A stretch of 63,570 nucleotides of DNA, filler included, from Collodictyon triciliatum (lineage: Eukaryota): NCBI GenBank assembly GCA_043381765.1. It is 8 parts of 8 records of this genome, joined end to end, with 100 filler letters (N's around TTAATTAATTAA, not from the genome) between each part and the next. Parts side by side here need not be neighbours in the genome. Positions count along the whole stretch, not along the records: positions 24,449 to 32,495 come from JBHJMP010003615.1; positions 32,596 to 40,640 come from JBHJMP010003616.1; 6 more parts are not named here. The stretch is one strand, 5' to 3'. The notes beneath the pieces are model-generated. The model ran no database searches. It was given only the letters and a program-made list of their open reading frames with translations, and was not told where the DNA came from. This document shows, piece by piece, positions 24,449 to 38,500 of this stretch; within the stretch, counting starts at the first letter, position 1; every line of letters starts with the position of its first letter. The position numbers and the translations under genes were made by a program.

Positions 24449-24970
24449 CCGACCGCGTAATTGCGACTGTGGTTTATCTGGTCACAATCTTCTTCACTTT
24501 GTTCTTTGCTCTCTACGTGAGTTCTTTTTTTTTATTTCTCGTCAGGCGATTAAAATATCATTTTTCGTTCCAATCGTTTGAAATAATATTCATGTCTGTA
24601 ATTGTCTGAGCTTGGGTATTTATGTGACATGTTCAGCTGAAAAATGCGGCGCTTACTGTGATTGCCATGCTTTGCCAATTTGTTGCACTTATCTGGTATT
24701 CAACTTGCAAAATTCAATCATAAAACATACATTTCCCATAGTGCAACCGACAAATACAAACCGCAATTTCCAATTGATGACTAACAAATATAACTATCCT
24801 ATTCTCCAATTCTTTTCCCTATTTAATCATACATTTTCTCTTGTTTATTTTGCCTTGAGCTCCCACTTTTTTCATTTAATGCAAACTTCGTTTTTTTTTC
24901 TAGGTACGCCTTGTCCTACATCCCGTTTGCTCGCAAAGCAATCAAGAAGTTTTGCACCAGCCTAGTCTAG
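24449..24970 (+). CDS. 3' part (three exons) of an SFT2/Got1-family vesicle transport membrane protein
   Basis: PTRVIATVVYLVTIFFTLFFALY|LKNAALTVIAMLCQFVALIW|YALSYIPFARKAIKKFCTSLV*; the W-Y-x-L-S-Y-I-P-F-A-R motif is typical of SFT2 proteins. Confidence 0.85.
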
Positions 24971-25304
24971 GCCTCGATATATTTGCTTTCTGATTTAGCG
25001 AACACGATAACATAAAAAAAACAATCCAATTTCATAATAATTACCCGCATAAATGGTATTAAGTTCACAACAGACACAACGGAACGATCTTTTTTAATCA
25101 ACGTTATGTTTTCTACACTCATATCATATGTCCTTTCCTCTTCATTTTTTTCCAACATAATTATAGCATCGTCCATTGTTTTTAGTTTTTATCATTTAAA
25201 TTGTTAAGAATATGTCGCAAAAGAAGCCTGACACATTCGATAAAAACCCAGAACGAATCGATCGAAAATGAGGCGAGGGAAATGAGGCGACCGTGCAGTT
25301 GCGC

Positions 25305-28300
25305 TTATATGTCTTGCAAGATTTCATTGGTTTTGTATATCACGAAACGCCGTGTTTCTCTCCATTCTTTCATTGCAATTCGAGAAGAAAGCTCCAAACT
25401 GATTCCATCGCGGATCTATAAGATAAGAATACTGAATACATCGCGCCCAGAGCAAAAGGCGAAAAAAAATAAAATAAAATATGTCCGACCCGTGCGCATC
25501 AGGCACACATAGAAATGAGAATGGTCAGGTAACATATAGCACGCTCATCCACAACCCCAAGACTCTATAGTCTTGTGCAGAAGACCCGCCGTCCGAAAAG
25601 GCAAAGAATAAAGAAAAAATGAAGATGGACGATGCAACAACTGGAGCCCACCTGTCTGGAGTAGTACTTGGACCAAAAGCCCATCAACTCCAGGAAATTC
25701 GAGAGGGACTTCCCTGGTGTCTTGTTTGCAGTGTCCAGAGTTTGTACGGCCTGCACAATCCAGTCGAAGGATTTACGGTCGATAAAACATCAATTTTCGT
25801 ACATAGTATATTTCTAAGGTATGTATTATTTAATTCATTATTTTTATATTTATTTACTGTAGTGGGAAATTTATTCATACCTGTAAAAGTGAGGAGCACT
25901 CGTGCCTTCGCTTTGCGAAAATTAGTATAATCAAGGCTGTGTTTAGGCAGCAAATATCTAATCCGAAGATATGATAATGAAAGTTAGTGGGCGCACCAGG
26001 ATTTTCTACATGACACAATCACTTTGGCACCAAGGACTTATTCTGTTAAAGGATAGAAGGTCTATGAATCAGGCAGTGTCGATATTAAGCCCAGAGTAGA
26101 AAAGTTTGTGAATAGACTAACTCTCTTGGCTGAGCTTTTCCAGGGACACAGAATTCATCAGGTCGTACAGAACTTGTGTTCTATTTCTCCTGTAAAAATC
26201 GAGAACCTACTCGAGCAAAGTTAATTGTGGATAAAAATGTATTGTATTGTATTGTATTGTATTGTATTGTATTGTATTGTATTTTTGCGCGTCGCTAGAC
26301 CTTCGAGTCAATTGAATTAAGCTTAGGTTCGCGAAGCTCTTGGAGATGATATATCTCATTTGTCAAGATGGTAGCGCGTAGGAAAACATTTGAATCAACC
26401 AGACCACCAACGACTATGTCTGGAGATATCAGAATAAAGGAAAATGTTAATAATACACTATCCAATTGACTAACCCATAGGTTTACAAAGTCATTTGATA
26501 CATTTTTTTATGGACGTCCGAATTATTCTCTTGTTTTTTTTTTTTTTTTTTTTTTGGAAAAAAAAGTATATCACACCAATAAATTTTTCAAACATGGGAC
26601 TACTGAGCATATTATCAAGCAAAGAAAACGCCTGCAATAAAATACGATGTAAGAATAAAGTTGGCTGTAGAACATGCAGCCGAAGTAAAAAATGCTTAGG
26701 AGGCCAAATTTTGTAATTAAAAATGTATATTTGGTAGCTATAGCTGAAATCTTGCCTGGACGTTAAATTTAACCAACTCTCCCATGAGATCAAAACTTGT
26801 TTGCATGCTTTCGCCACCCATCCCACCATTTTGAAGAACTGAGTCAACTGTGAACTATATATGAATGAGGGTACGTGTGAGCCAAAGAAATACAAAAATG
26901 AGCATAGAGTGATTCAAACAAGGAAGCTGGATAAACGAAAGAAAAATAAGCACCTGCAAAAGCCCCTTACTGATCATGAAAATCTGATACTCAGGCTTCG
27001 ATCCCCTGAGGAATGCCTCAATCACAGATGATAACCAAAATCTAATGTAATTGTGGAAGTGAACAAAAGAAAGTATGCTTGAAAAAAATATATTAAAAAT
27101 TGTCCGAGAGGAAATAGGAGAGAATAAAGGAGAAATGGCAATTGTGATACACATGGGGTACACATATTGAGAAAATTCATATATCCTTACTGGAACATGG
27201 AATCTTTAGGTTGCGACATTAGGATATGTGCGATGCTTGTGATCTGGAGAAGGATTTGTTTTTTTGCTTCATCACACTCTTTCAGACTTGCAATTTAACA
27301 TAATGGAAATTCAGCAATACGTTTTCTCTTTTTCAATGACAGAAGAGAAGAACAAGGGGGAAAAAAATACCAAGCCCGTTTCTCCTTCACATCCAAGAAC
27401 AGCATGATCCGGTTGGGGCAAAACTATTTAAAAAAATAAAATAAAAAAATATTCCCATCCTAATTCAGATCCTCGTTGTTTGTTTGTTTGTTTGTTTGTT
27501 TGTTTGTTTGTTTGTTTGTTTGTTTGTTTGTTTGTTTGTTTGTTTGTTTGTTTGTTTGTTTGTTTGTTTGTTTGTTTGTTTGTTTGTTTGTTTGTTTGTT
27601 TGTTTGTTTGTTTGTTTGTTTTCATCATCACCTGTAGTGCTAAAAGAGAAAGGAGTAAAAGTGAAGAAAAAAATACTCTCTAAAATTGGGAGATTTCCCC
27701 ATTATCATGGTATTCAGCTACATGAGATAAAATCAAACGTTTCATTTGTAGCAATTCATTTTCTGTGAAAAGGAGCATCTTGTTTCTTCCTTGAGATAAG
27801 TCCCGGTCACAAAAACTGTGAAGAAGCCGAAGATATTGGGTGCATAATGTCGATTCCGGGTTGCAGTCACATCTGTAGAAAAATTATACATATTATAGAA
27901 GAAGCTAGTACGACAGTAAAGAGTGCCCGCATTTCAATCGAGGTGAGTCCCTTTTGACTGGCCAAGAGAACAATGGTTAGTGTGTCTTGTTCTTACCCAG
28001 GTCCGTGCATTTGCTAAGGAAAAGAATTATCAATCATCTCCGAATGATTCCAAATGCTTTTGCTTGGAAGATATAACTTGTATGATAGTGTCTCAAAAAA
28101 AAACTATACCGTTGCATCATGACCCTCTGGGTGGTTGCAATCCCAGTTCAGTTTCTGAAGAACCTTTTGGAGCTTCGGGACAATCGATAATTCAATACAC
28201 CGAGCCTAAATTTATTACGTTTTGATAGAGGTTTTCAGAGCAAAACATTGAAAAGAAGAAAGAAAAGGAAAGTTCGAAAGAGAGCTAATCATATTTTGTG

Positions 28301-31300
28301 TTAGCGTGATTTGTTTGCTTCTTAGAGGGAATGAATACCAAGAGGTAATTGAAAATCAATTTACCTGTACATCTGCGGCTCTTTTCCCAGTAAGAAGGGT
28401 AGAAAGTGTAAACATACTATCAACCTGAAAACAAACGCAAATATATACATAGATTAGTAAATGTAAATCTTTTTTAAAAAATGACCGAACAAGGGTATAT
28501 TGCAAGATATTTTATTCTTACATTAGACCGAGATGTCATAAATGAACTTACAAAATATGTAATGTCGACGTAGCTTTGAATCAAATCTTCAATTGTCGCG
28601 CCATTAGACTCGCTGGCCACTTCGGCTGGGGAAAAAGAAATGTTAAAACAATTTCACATGAAAATATGAGGCAACTATCGAAAGAGGAATGAGAACAAGA
28701 ATAAATTAATAAAATTGTTGTAAAAAATTGGAAACTATCGATAAATAGTAATATTTTGTTACTAGAGAGATATGTAGACAGCTCATAATCGAAATATGGT
28801 TTATCGGGGTGCAACCAATCACCATATTTTTTTAATTAGAATGCATCACAGACCTATCCTCTCGTGTTGGCCCTGAAAAACCATGACCAGGCTGTAAGGT
28901 ATTTTTACTAGCATTGTGCAAATAAGGATATGATTCAAAATTACTATTTAAGAGTAGGTAAGGAGGAATTCAATTAAGTGCACATCGTAAAGTATTAAAT
29001 CGAAAAGAAAGTCAACATATTTGTATACTTTTTAGAAAGAATATACTTACAAATTCTTCTTCCAGTCATAAACTCCAATGAACTAATTAAGCGGTTAATT
29101 AAAAAAGTCCTCCTGATAAAGTAAGCTGGGAGGACATAAAATTGTACATTAAACGTGTATTCCTTGAACTATATTTTTGATTATTAAAAATAAAAAGCAC
29201 ATTATTTTGGCGTATCTTTTATAATTTTAATGGTTCATTTGAGTTTTAGATAAAGCGTCACCATGATTTCTATCTATAGTTTTATATGCATCAGAGAATT
29301 TAGACTTCTTTGGAGAAATAGAGGACAACGTTGCCGACTCTAGAAATACAAGAATAAAAATAATCAAATGGAATAAAGCAAAATATATTAATCAATTAAT
29401 GATTGAATAGATTATATGTCCCAGGAGACATGATAAGAAAAAAAGGACCGAGGGGATTTTAACGTTTATGTTTTTATGAGTGAATAAAGAATGCTTCACA
29501 AACTCAGAATATCCATCGGAAAATTGTCATCAGGCTCGTATACCAGCAGCGATAATATGCGGCATAAAGACATAAACTGTTCATCACTTATTCGGGATAT
29601 GAACGGAGCTATCTCACCTATAAAAGTTGAATATTGTGAAGAAGAGGGGCTTTTTTTCTTTCCTTTATACGATTCAAAGATTGTGAAGATGAGTTATTGC
29701 ATAGGGTATTGGCTTTACAATCAAACCTCACAATTTTCTGTTATAGTGCTCATTTTAATTTTTGGATTTTGAATAACATTAAGTTTACAACAAAACTAAG
29801 CTAAAATCGAACTTAAATGAATAGCATCGAAGGGATCAACCCTGGTAACTATTATGTCTTGCAGTAGAGACGTCGTTAATTCCATTAATTCTTGAACTTG
29901 CTATAATCAAAGTGTTAGTAAATAATTAAATTAATATGTTGCACAGAAAGTATCCTACAAAACAACTACATGTAGTTATAGCAAAAACAACTCTGCTGGA
30001 ATATTCCTCAGGTATATTTAGGAAACTTGCCAGTAAAGAAAAAAGGCACACGATGAAATCATCGTTTCCACGGCTGATAGCTTCCAGGTATTCATCACTC
30101 TATTCATTAAAGAACCGATTTAGAATAAAGACACGTGAGAAGATTCTTCCTATGTGTCATAGAATTAGATATGATAATTCATGCTGTATATATGATACAT
30201 GATATATGAAATTATCGGTTGTAAGAGGGAAACATTCTCATCAATATTCCAAATAAATAATAGAAAAGTAAGAGCAAAATTAAAAAAAGGCGCACATGTG
30301 ACATAGAGACAAAAGATAATATAGTTTCTCAATTACTGATGTTGTTAGCTCCCGTATGCACTCTAACGCCAGCTGACGAATTTGTGTATATTCTTCTTTC
30401 AGAAACACTATAAATTCTTTTTTCTTCCCTATCATATATATATTAGAAGTTAGCTATATAAATGCCATCACATTCAGACAAGGTAGAACCTTTTGCACCA
30501 AGAAATAAAAGAAGAGACAATCAAGAAACATAAAGGAAACAATTAAGAATATAAAAAAGGAAAGGGAAAAAAAAAGAGAACGCTTACAGTCAACTTAGTT
30601 CATCTATTCAATCTTTCTTATTTACGCAAAATAAGCGACGAGACTACAATGTTAATATTCAGCTAGTTACCTGCTCGGTACCCTCTTGGATTAATCAAAA
30701 TTTGCTGAAGATAATCTCCCGCTCTGAAAACGATTATTTGGGTCCGGTAGTGTTGGCCGATTAAAGTATCAGAGTTAGATAATCCTGTATGTACGTCGCT
30801 GAGGGCCTCTGATACCGTGGCTGGATCCTCGTGACAAACATCGCAGTGGTTTCTGAGAGTCTGTAATGACCTCTCTGCCTGAATGTAGGCCTTTTTGCTC
30901 TGTCCAGTGAAGCAGCTTTCCTGTTTTATATTGTGGGCTAGATTTTATAAAGAGCTAGTAGTAGATAAGCTTCTTTGTGGTGATGATGGAAATAAATGGT
31001 AATGAAATACATCGTAACAAATGCGTTTTTTGTGTATGTTAATCTTTAAATTCTTTAATATTTACAAATCAGTAAACGGGTTCAGAGAAGTGGAAAAAAT
31101 GAGGACTGAACAATGGAAGACTCAGAGAGTTACATATAGTTTCTTTTTGGATAATCCACCCGTGATTTCTCTGGATTTTAGAGACAAGAAAATGCTTTTG
31201 TGTTGAGGAAATTTAAGGGTTGGAATTTTTGAACCGCTTTCCGAGATGTTTTCCTGTTAACAGAGTTAAGGTGTTTGTATAAAAACATTTCGTAATCTCC

Positions 31301-31636
31301 ACTTCGACGTAGATGAGCGGTCATGATATATTCATACGAATAATTGCATATTCCATTAATATATTTAGAATATTTTCACTCTGCAGGAGTTCTTTTCTGT
31401 TTGTGTGCATTTTTTTTCGTGTTTACTTAGATTCATTATTATCATTAAAATTATTGTCATTAAAATTATCATTATAATCATCATTATCATTATCATTATC
31501 ATTATCATTATCATTATCATTATCATTATCATTATCATTATCATTATCATTATCATTATCATTATCGTCAAAGTAGAATGCGGACCTGGCTTTGCAGTTT
31601 GAGGCCAGCCGCTTTTTTGGACTCAGAGGACCCCAT
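25305..31636 (-). CDS. TRPC4AP: TRPC4AP/TRUSS (DUF3689) homologue, many exons, N-terminus MGSSESKK
   Basis: Motifs DRNHA, TLLTGKRAADVQ, CDCNPESTLCTQYLRLLHSFCDRD, RFWLSSVIEAFLRG, LQTSFDLMGELVKFN, LVDSNVFLR, ICCLNTALIILIF, FWSKYY and SLELSSRI. Stop TAA at 25305-25307. The first exons are less certain. Confidence 0.82.
27477..27620. repeat. Intronic (GTTT)n microsatellite; similar intronic SSRs at 31478-31566 (ATCATT), 35489-35580 (TAT), 37342-37438 (AAAC), 38838-38933 (ATCT), 50840-50940 (GCAAAAAAA), 51495-51602 (AGAAAC) and 61975-62405 (ATC/AAATC mosaic)
   Basis: Directly visible tandem repeats inside predicted introns. Confidence 0.93.
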
Positions 31637-32867
31637 CAAGCTAGTAAAACGGAGCACTCAATGAATACGAGTAGAGTCTAAATCGAAGTATTCGAACTCC
31701 AGGCTATGATGGAATACGCATAAAATCAAAAATTACAAAAATAATTGAAAATAATGGCACAACAGCCACAAGAATCTCAAAAAAAAAAATGTTGTATATA
31801 TATATATATATAAAGAAGGAATATATGCCACAAACTAGATCAGTGAGGAGATATTCAAAAGACCCTACACAGGATCGACTCTGAGGTCGCGAACGATCTT
31901 TAAGAGAAAAAAAAATAGAAGATCGTGTAGAAAAAAAAAGGGCCACGGATGCACCAACCTTGGAGTCTGAGGAGAGAGAGGGAGGAGACAGAGGTGTTCA
32001 AAAATGATGGGAAGGAAGCGATGATTGCGCACTTTTATCTATGCTCATATGCGGAATATATAATATAAAATATTTTGCAGCTGATTGATTGATATTTTAG
32101 GCAATTATATAACAAAATCAAATTTATAATATTATATTTTATAATGTATAAAATTATCGCGGCCAAATCTGTGGGTGACCAGATTATGGCTCATTGATTG
32201 CAGCGTGTGTGTGGCTGGCGTGTGTCCGTTGCTGTTGTGTTCGGCCTCTGCAAAAACCACGCGAAAATGCCGCGATTGTGTGACGATGCGGTGCGTCACT
32301 GTGCGGTGGCGACACAACACGCGGGGGTTTCTGCTCCGGTCGAAGCCTCCCACGACGCGGGCGCTTTCTCGGCGGCTGGAAGGCTCATCGACTATTAAAA
32401 ACAAAAAACAAAAAACAAAAAACAAAAAACAAAAAACAAAAAACAAAAAACAAAAAACAAAAAACAAAAAACAAAAAAAAAAAAAAAAAAAAAAANNNNN
32501 NNNNNNNNNNNNNNNNNNNNNNNNNNNNNNNNNNNNNNNTTAATTAATTAANNNNNNNNNNNNNNNNNNNNNNNNNNNNNNNNNNNNNNNNNNNNAAAGA
32601 AAAAAAGAAAAAAAGAAAAAAAGAAAAAAAGAAAAAAAGAAAAAAAGAAAAAAAGAAAAAAAGAAAAAAAGAAAAAAAGAAAAAAAGAAAAAGATAAAAG
32701 ATAAAAAGATAAAAAAGATAAAGATAAAAAAAGATAAAAAGATAAAAAGATAAAAAGATAAAAAGATAAAAAAAGAAAAAAGAAAAAAGAAAAAAGAAAG
32801 TCCCCAGACGACCGATCCAACTAGAAAACCACGCCCGTAGTTGCTTCTTGCAGAGCCTCTTGTATCC

Positions 32868-35486
32868 ATGGACTCTGCACAAAGCCCGACAACACCGACC
32901 ACACGGCCTAAACGACCGCCACCGCCATTGCCAACGACATCGCCACCGCCACCAACCACCGCCACAACCACACTGCCAACTTCTGTGGCAACCGCGGCGC
33001 TTTTGAAAACATTCACCCCACGTAATCGGGATGCATTCAGCTTCACGGTGGCACCCGACTTTCTTGCTTCCCTCAACGCATGCATCGCTTCACATTCGCC
33101 CCCACACTCGGATGCATCTGCCGCAGAGACTCCCAACGAGGCCGTTCCAACGCAGACACAGCCGAGAATCTCCATCCTTCCTCAAATCCCACCGAGGTTG
33201 CCCCCGCCTCGGGCTTCACAATGCGCGCCAATACAATCCCAATCCCAATCCCAATCCCAATCCCAATCCCAATCCCAATCCCAATCCCAATCCCAATCCC
33301 AATCCCAATCCCAATCCCAATCCCAATCCCAATCTCAATCGCAACCGCAGCCACAACCCCCGCCACGCGCAACTCGGAAAATCTCGGACGGTCCATCTTC
33401 TGTTGCTTCAGCGCACTCGTTGCTCCAGACTGGCTCCGACTCGCCTGTTGAGCCGTCCCTTCTCGCGAGTGCATCGGAGTCTTACGGCCTGGCCGATTCA
33501 ACAACATCCAATACGGCTCCTCTGATGGAGGATACTGTTCTCTGGAGTGATTACTTTTCTTTGTTCCCTGAGGAAACGCCCTTCGACAGAAAGCGCTCCC
33601 CGAGCACATGGATTTTGGATGAGAAGGCAGAGGAGACAAAAATACAGCTGTGCACACAGGGTTCCATCTATTACTATCTTGAGGTAGAGGATCTTCAGAA
33701 AGATTATCTCCAAGCGTGGATAGCCCTGCCGGCCGCTTTGGCCCGGGTAGATGTTGACTCATTCTCGTATAATCAGTGGCAGTTCCTTAATTCACTTTCT
33801 TTCCTCGTCTTCCATAATAACATCATAATAGCAACACAAATTCAATTCCTTCAATACAATAATATTATCAACGGATAAACAGATAAACAGATAAGAAAAC
33901 ACATAGATAGATAAATAAGTATATGTAGATGTTTGGTGTGGCAGCTTCAAATGGAGACGTGCTAAAGCTTATGAATGCTGCTGTGACTGTCTCCCAAAGC
34001 ATGAAATTGATTGTGAAATATGCCAAGGCTGCGTGCGGAAATTGCCCTTTAGAAGTAAGAAACTGTACAACAAGAAAAAAAATGCATGATGCAGTTTATT
34101 TTCAAACGTGACACTTAATATGTATGCTTTCTGCTGATACACAAATATTTTTTTTGAACACCATGTGAAAAATCCTCAAATTGCAAGCTAACTGATATAA
34201 CCAATCATTTCTAACACATTCATATTTAAACACAATGAAAGAATTGTCGGAAAAGAATATATGGGTATATTGAGTCCTCACAAGAAAGATATGAGTACTT
34301 ACTCACATGTACTACAAACTTCCAACAAAAGTCATCTGATCAGATGGCTCGGCATCAAGTAAACATTTCTATATATCCTTCTGAATTCATTAAAGATTTC
34401 CTGAGCCTCTACCATAATTTCCTTCTATGAACCATTTCTAATATCCTTTTATTTTCAACAAACATAATGATTTGTTTTGGAATAGTTAATTACAGCAGCA
34501 AAAACGTTTCAAGTGGTCATTCAACAACTGATTTCTGCTCAACCTAAAGAAGAAGATGAACAATCTAAGAATCTAGAAGGTAGTTCTATCGTTGTCGACC
34601 CATTAGTCGCTATTGGCACAGAGTTTATAGAGGTCAAATTTAATTTGTTTGGATTAGTATTATAAGAAATATTTGTAATATCAAATCATGTGATTTCTTG
34701 GAGACACAATCAATCGTTACATGAAACTTTTTTTTTTTACAACAGGAACTCAATTTATCAGCCGATTCTCGGAAACTAGAGTTTTCTTGGGCTAATTTAA
34801 CAAGGAGTAATGCAGCGTATATATCAGCGATTCACCAACGTGCAGCTGGATGCAAAAGACCAATAGTTCGACGTGGACTATTAGAAGCAACAAAAGACCT
34901 TGGGTTTATATTCCATGAAAATTTCCTTAGATCACTAATCTGTTTTGAGCTTTCCTTTAACAATGTACTCACCTTAATAATATTTTTCTCTCATATTCTT
35001 TTTATTCGAATATTACAGGGAGTTATACACTGAGTTGCTTTCGTCTGTGAGTTCAGGGGGTATGGATCCGCTGTTCAACAGGAAACACCACCAACTTAGG
35101 TTATATTATATGGGATTATTTTTCAATTTTTTTTCCCCTTTATTCGATTAAAAGGTTTTTTTTTTCAAAACTCATTCGCAATTTTTTTTTTTATTATTCA
35201 TTATCACTGAATTGAACAAAAATGAATTAGATGAGAATAAGTTAAACTAAATATTAAACTTTAGGCATCAGCTCGTATCCATGCATACTAAGGTTTCAGC
35301 ATTATCAGGCACCCAGACGTTAGACCAGCTCACTGAAAAATGCCTCATTTTGGTTGTCAAAAGGATATTCCTTCATTCTACACGGCTGCAGCAAAGTGTT
35401 TCGAAATTCGATTCTGTAACCAAGAAATTTCTTTCCATTTCAAGTGTCCTTTCCATTTATTAGACATGTTAATTGCACGCATGATA

Positions 35487-35582
<96 letters not shown>

Positions 35583-38500
35583 CATATGTAAATTCACAAA
35601 TGTTGGACATTCAAATAAACAAACTTTATACATAGAATGTACAATCCACGATCAAACAGTACGCTATCCTCTTGGAGGAAATGGCGAAAGAATTCGAGAG
35701 CTTGCCCACTTTTATTTTCCATGTGAGCAGACTTCACGAATTAGGTATTCTGGCATGGTCTAAAGGGAGCTTGTTCATCGAGAGACTTACATCTGACGCT
35801 GAGTAATCTGAGTCAATATTTCCTTTGCAAATACTCCACATTATAGATAGACATAATTTCGGCAATCAATTTATATTTCCCTCAAAGCATCTTTTATTAA
35901 CAACATACAATTCATCAATTCAGAAACATCGCACTCTTATTCGACCAGGTTGGCAATAAGCAGCTTTTTTATCGAATAGTTTACAGCCTTTTCGATGCAA
36001 CATTCTTCTTCATGTCTGGTTGCAGAGCTGTCCAGTCAAACATTGAATTGTGAGAACTCCTTTCTCTATATCCTATTCCTTTTTTTTTCTTTTGACTAGC
36101 ATATGAGAAGATGAAATAAATATTATATATGGTTTAATCCCTTTTTTCCTTCCTTTTTCTTTTACATTCTGCATGCCTTGAATCAAAGGGATTATGTCCA
36201 AAGATTGCAGATATCTTCTCTTGCATGGAGTATATGCAACGCAATAAGCGAATTCACCGAGATACTAAATATGAGTCGAAGTATGAAGCTTTCACGCCAT
36301 CAGCGCTCTTCCGATGTTGCAGCCGGTGTCCCAATTCATGAAAAATTAGTAAAATCTGGTTTGAAGCGTGTCATGCTCGACATAAATCCACAAAGGGTGT
36401 ACGACGATGCCACAAATATTTGGACTGAATTAGAGTCTGAAACACAAAACAATATTGTCTGGAGGTGCTCAAAAGATCCAATTCAAACTTGACAGAATAC
36501 TTTGACTAACATCACTCATATTATTTTTAGCGAGCAAGACGGCGTTCGAAGACTCAGGGCTGCTACAGTAAACCGCCTCATCGAGAGGATTACATCGGAT
36601 AAATTTGGTTGGCCCCTAATTCTTATTTTCCATATTCTTTTATCAAACCATAAATTCCATTAGTATCTTATTTTAGTATTAATAATATCATAGATATGGA
36701 ATTTGTTAAAGCATTTTTGGCAACATATCGCTCCTTTATCTCTCCAGAAAAGTTGATGGATAAATTGTTTGAACGGTATCCTACTACTAATTCATCGATA
36801 GATTTGCTGTGATTTGTATAATAAATGACAACCCTACGATAACATACTTTTTTTTTTTTTTTGCATTCGACAAATATTCTAAGGACGCTATAACAAAAAA
36901 ACATTTGAATTCCTTTGAAAAACTTTCGCAATCTTGAAAATTATTAGATTTCAAGTCCCTGAAAAATTTTCAGAACATGCTAATGTCATTAAGCTAAGAG
37001 TGTGCAATTTTCTTCAATTATGGCTTCGAGCTGGAGTGAGTATGAAATCGATGAGCCAGCACCTAAAATTATCATTTCATTCCCGATGGTGGACATGTTC
37101 TCTTGGTGACATGAATATATTATGTGTCGATGTTCAATGTTGATTGTTTGTTTTGTTGCTATTAACTTTCTGAGAATACGATGTGAATGTGGTGTAGTCA
37201 GGAGACTTGGACTCTCATCTGCTGTCCCGTTTGGAGAAATTTGTGCAAGATGCGAAGATGCTTCCTGAGGGCACCGGAGGCCATGTGGCATTGAAGCTTA
37301 CCATTGCAATACAACAGGTAATGTAGATAAAAATGAACTAAGACAAACAAACAAACAAACAAACAAACAAACAAACAAACAAACAAACAAACAAACAAAC
37401 AAACAAACAAACAAACAAACAAACAAACAAACAAACAAATAAAATAAAATAAGAACAAAAAAAACCTTGGAACAAGATTTTATACGAGAAGAAAAATTCA
37501 ACAAATGATTTTTTAAATGAAATATAAAGCAAGAAATAACTTTAACTTATATCACAAAGGCAATCTTAATTTTAAAAGAGATAATATTAAAATAAGTTTT
37601 TTTTTAATGTATCTTCATTAAGATAGATGTATTTTAAGAAGTAGAAAAGTATCAGATTAATGCTTAATAAAGTTCATGCCATGACGCAAAATTTGAATTG
37701 CATTTTTTTTAATGGCTAAGGTCAAAAGTCAACAAAATGCTTCAGCTGTTGAACGTCCGGTTCGCGACCTTGCTGTTCGTCCAAAAATAAATACATCATT
37801 TAATTGAATATATCACCTAATTTTCCATATTATGTAAGCAACAAGGGATGCAAACTATAATTTTACATATCAGAACAAAACAATTCACTTTAGTTCGTAT
37901 GTATCATAGATTCCTGCAGAACTCTGGACATCCAAAGTATTAGAAGCTGAAGTCGAGAACATAGCACAACAAATCACTCTGATAGATTTCTCTATATACA
38001 GCAAAATTAAAGTATGACTCCTTTCACAAAAAACAATTTTCACCATTATTATTTGATTCAATTTAATATTTCTTTATATAATTCATAAAGATTAATTATG
38101 CTACTTTACAATCACCCTAGATTTATAATTTTTTTTTTTGGTATTCGCCCAATATTAATGTTTGAATATATTTCTGCACACGTTCACATTCCTAATTAAT
38201 AGTGTCATGAGTTGCTTGACCAGTCATGGAATAGAAAACATCTTCGTCATCATTCTCCTCATGTTGTTGCTATGATAACAAGATTCAATTACCTGTCCTA
38301 TTGGGTCGTGAGTTCAATTCTCTGGCAAGGTCTATTTCCCCCTGTTTTAAAATATTACTGTGATAACTGATATGGATTTTTGCAGTTAGTTCACCTTATT
38401 AAAAAAAAAATTACATTCCTTATTACTCGTTGCTTCACAGATAGCTCAAAGAAAAGGACGAAGCTAATTGGACGATTCATATCAATTGCTGACGTATTTT

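Noticed and set aside
30588-30603. Apparent in-frame TGA/TAG in some TRPC4AP and cyclase exon candidates, hinting at stop-codon reassignment
   Set aside because: All are resolved by alternative AG acceptors or microexons. Genes here end in TAA, TAG and TGA, and conserved Trp and Gln residues use standard codons.
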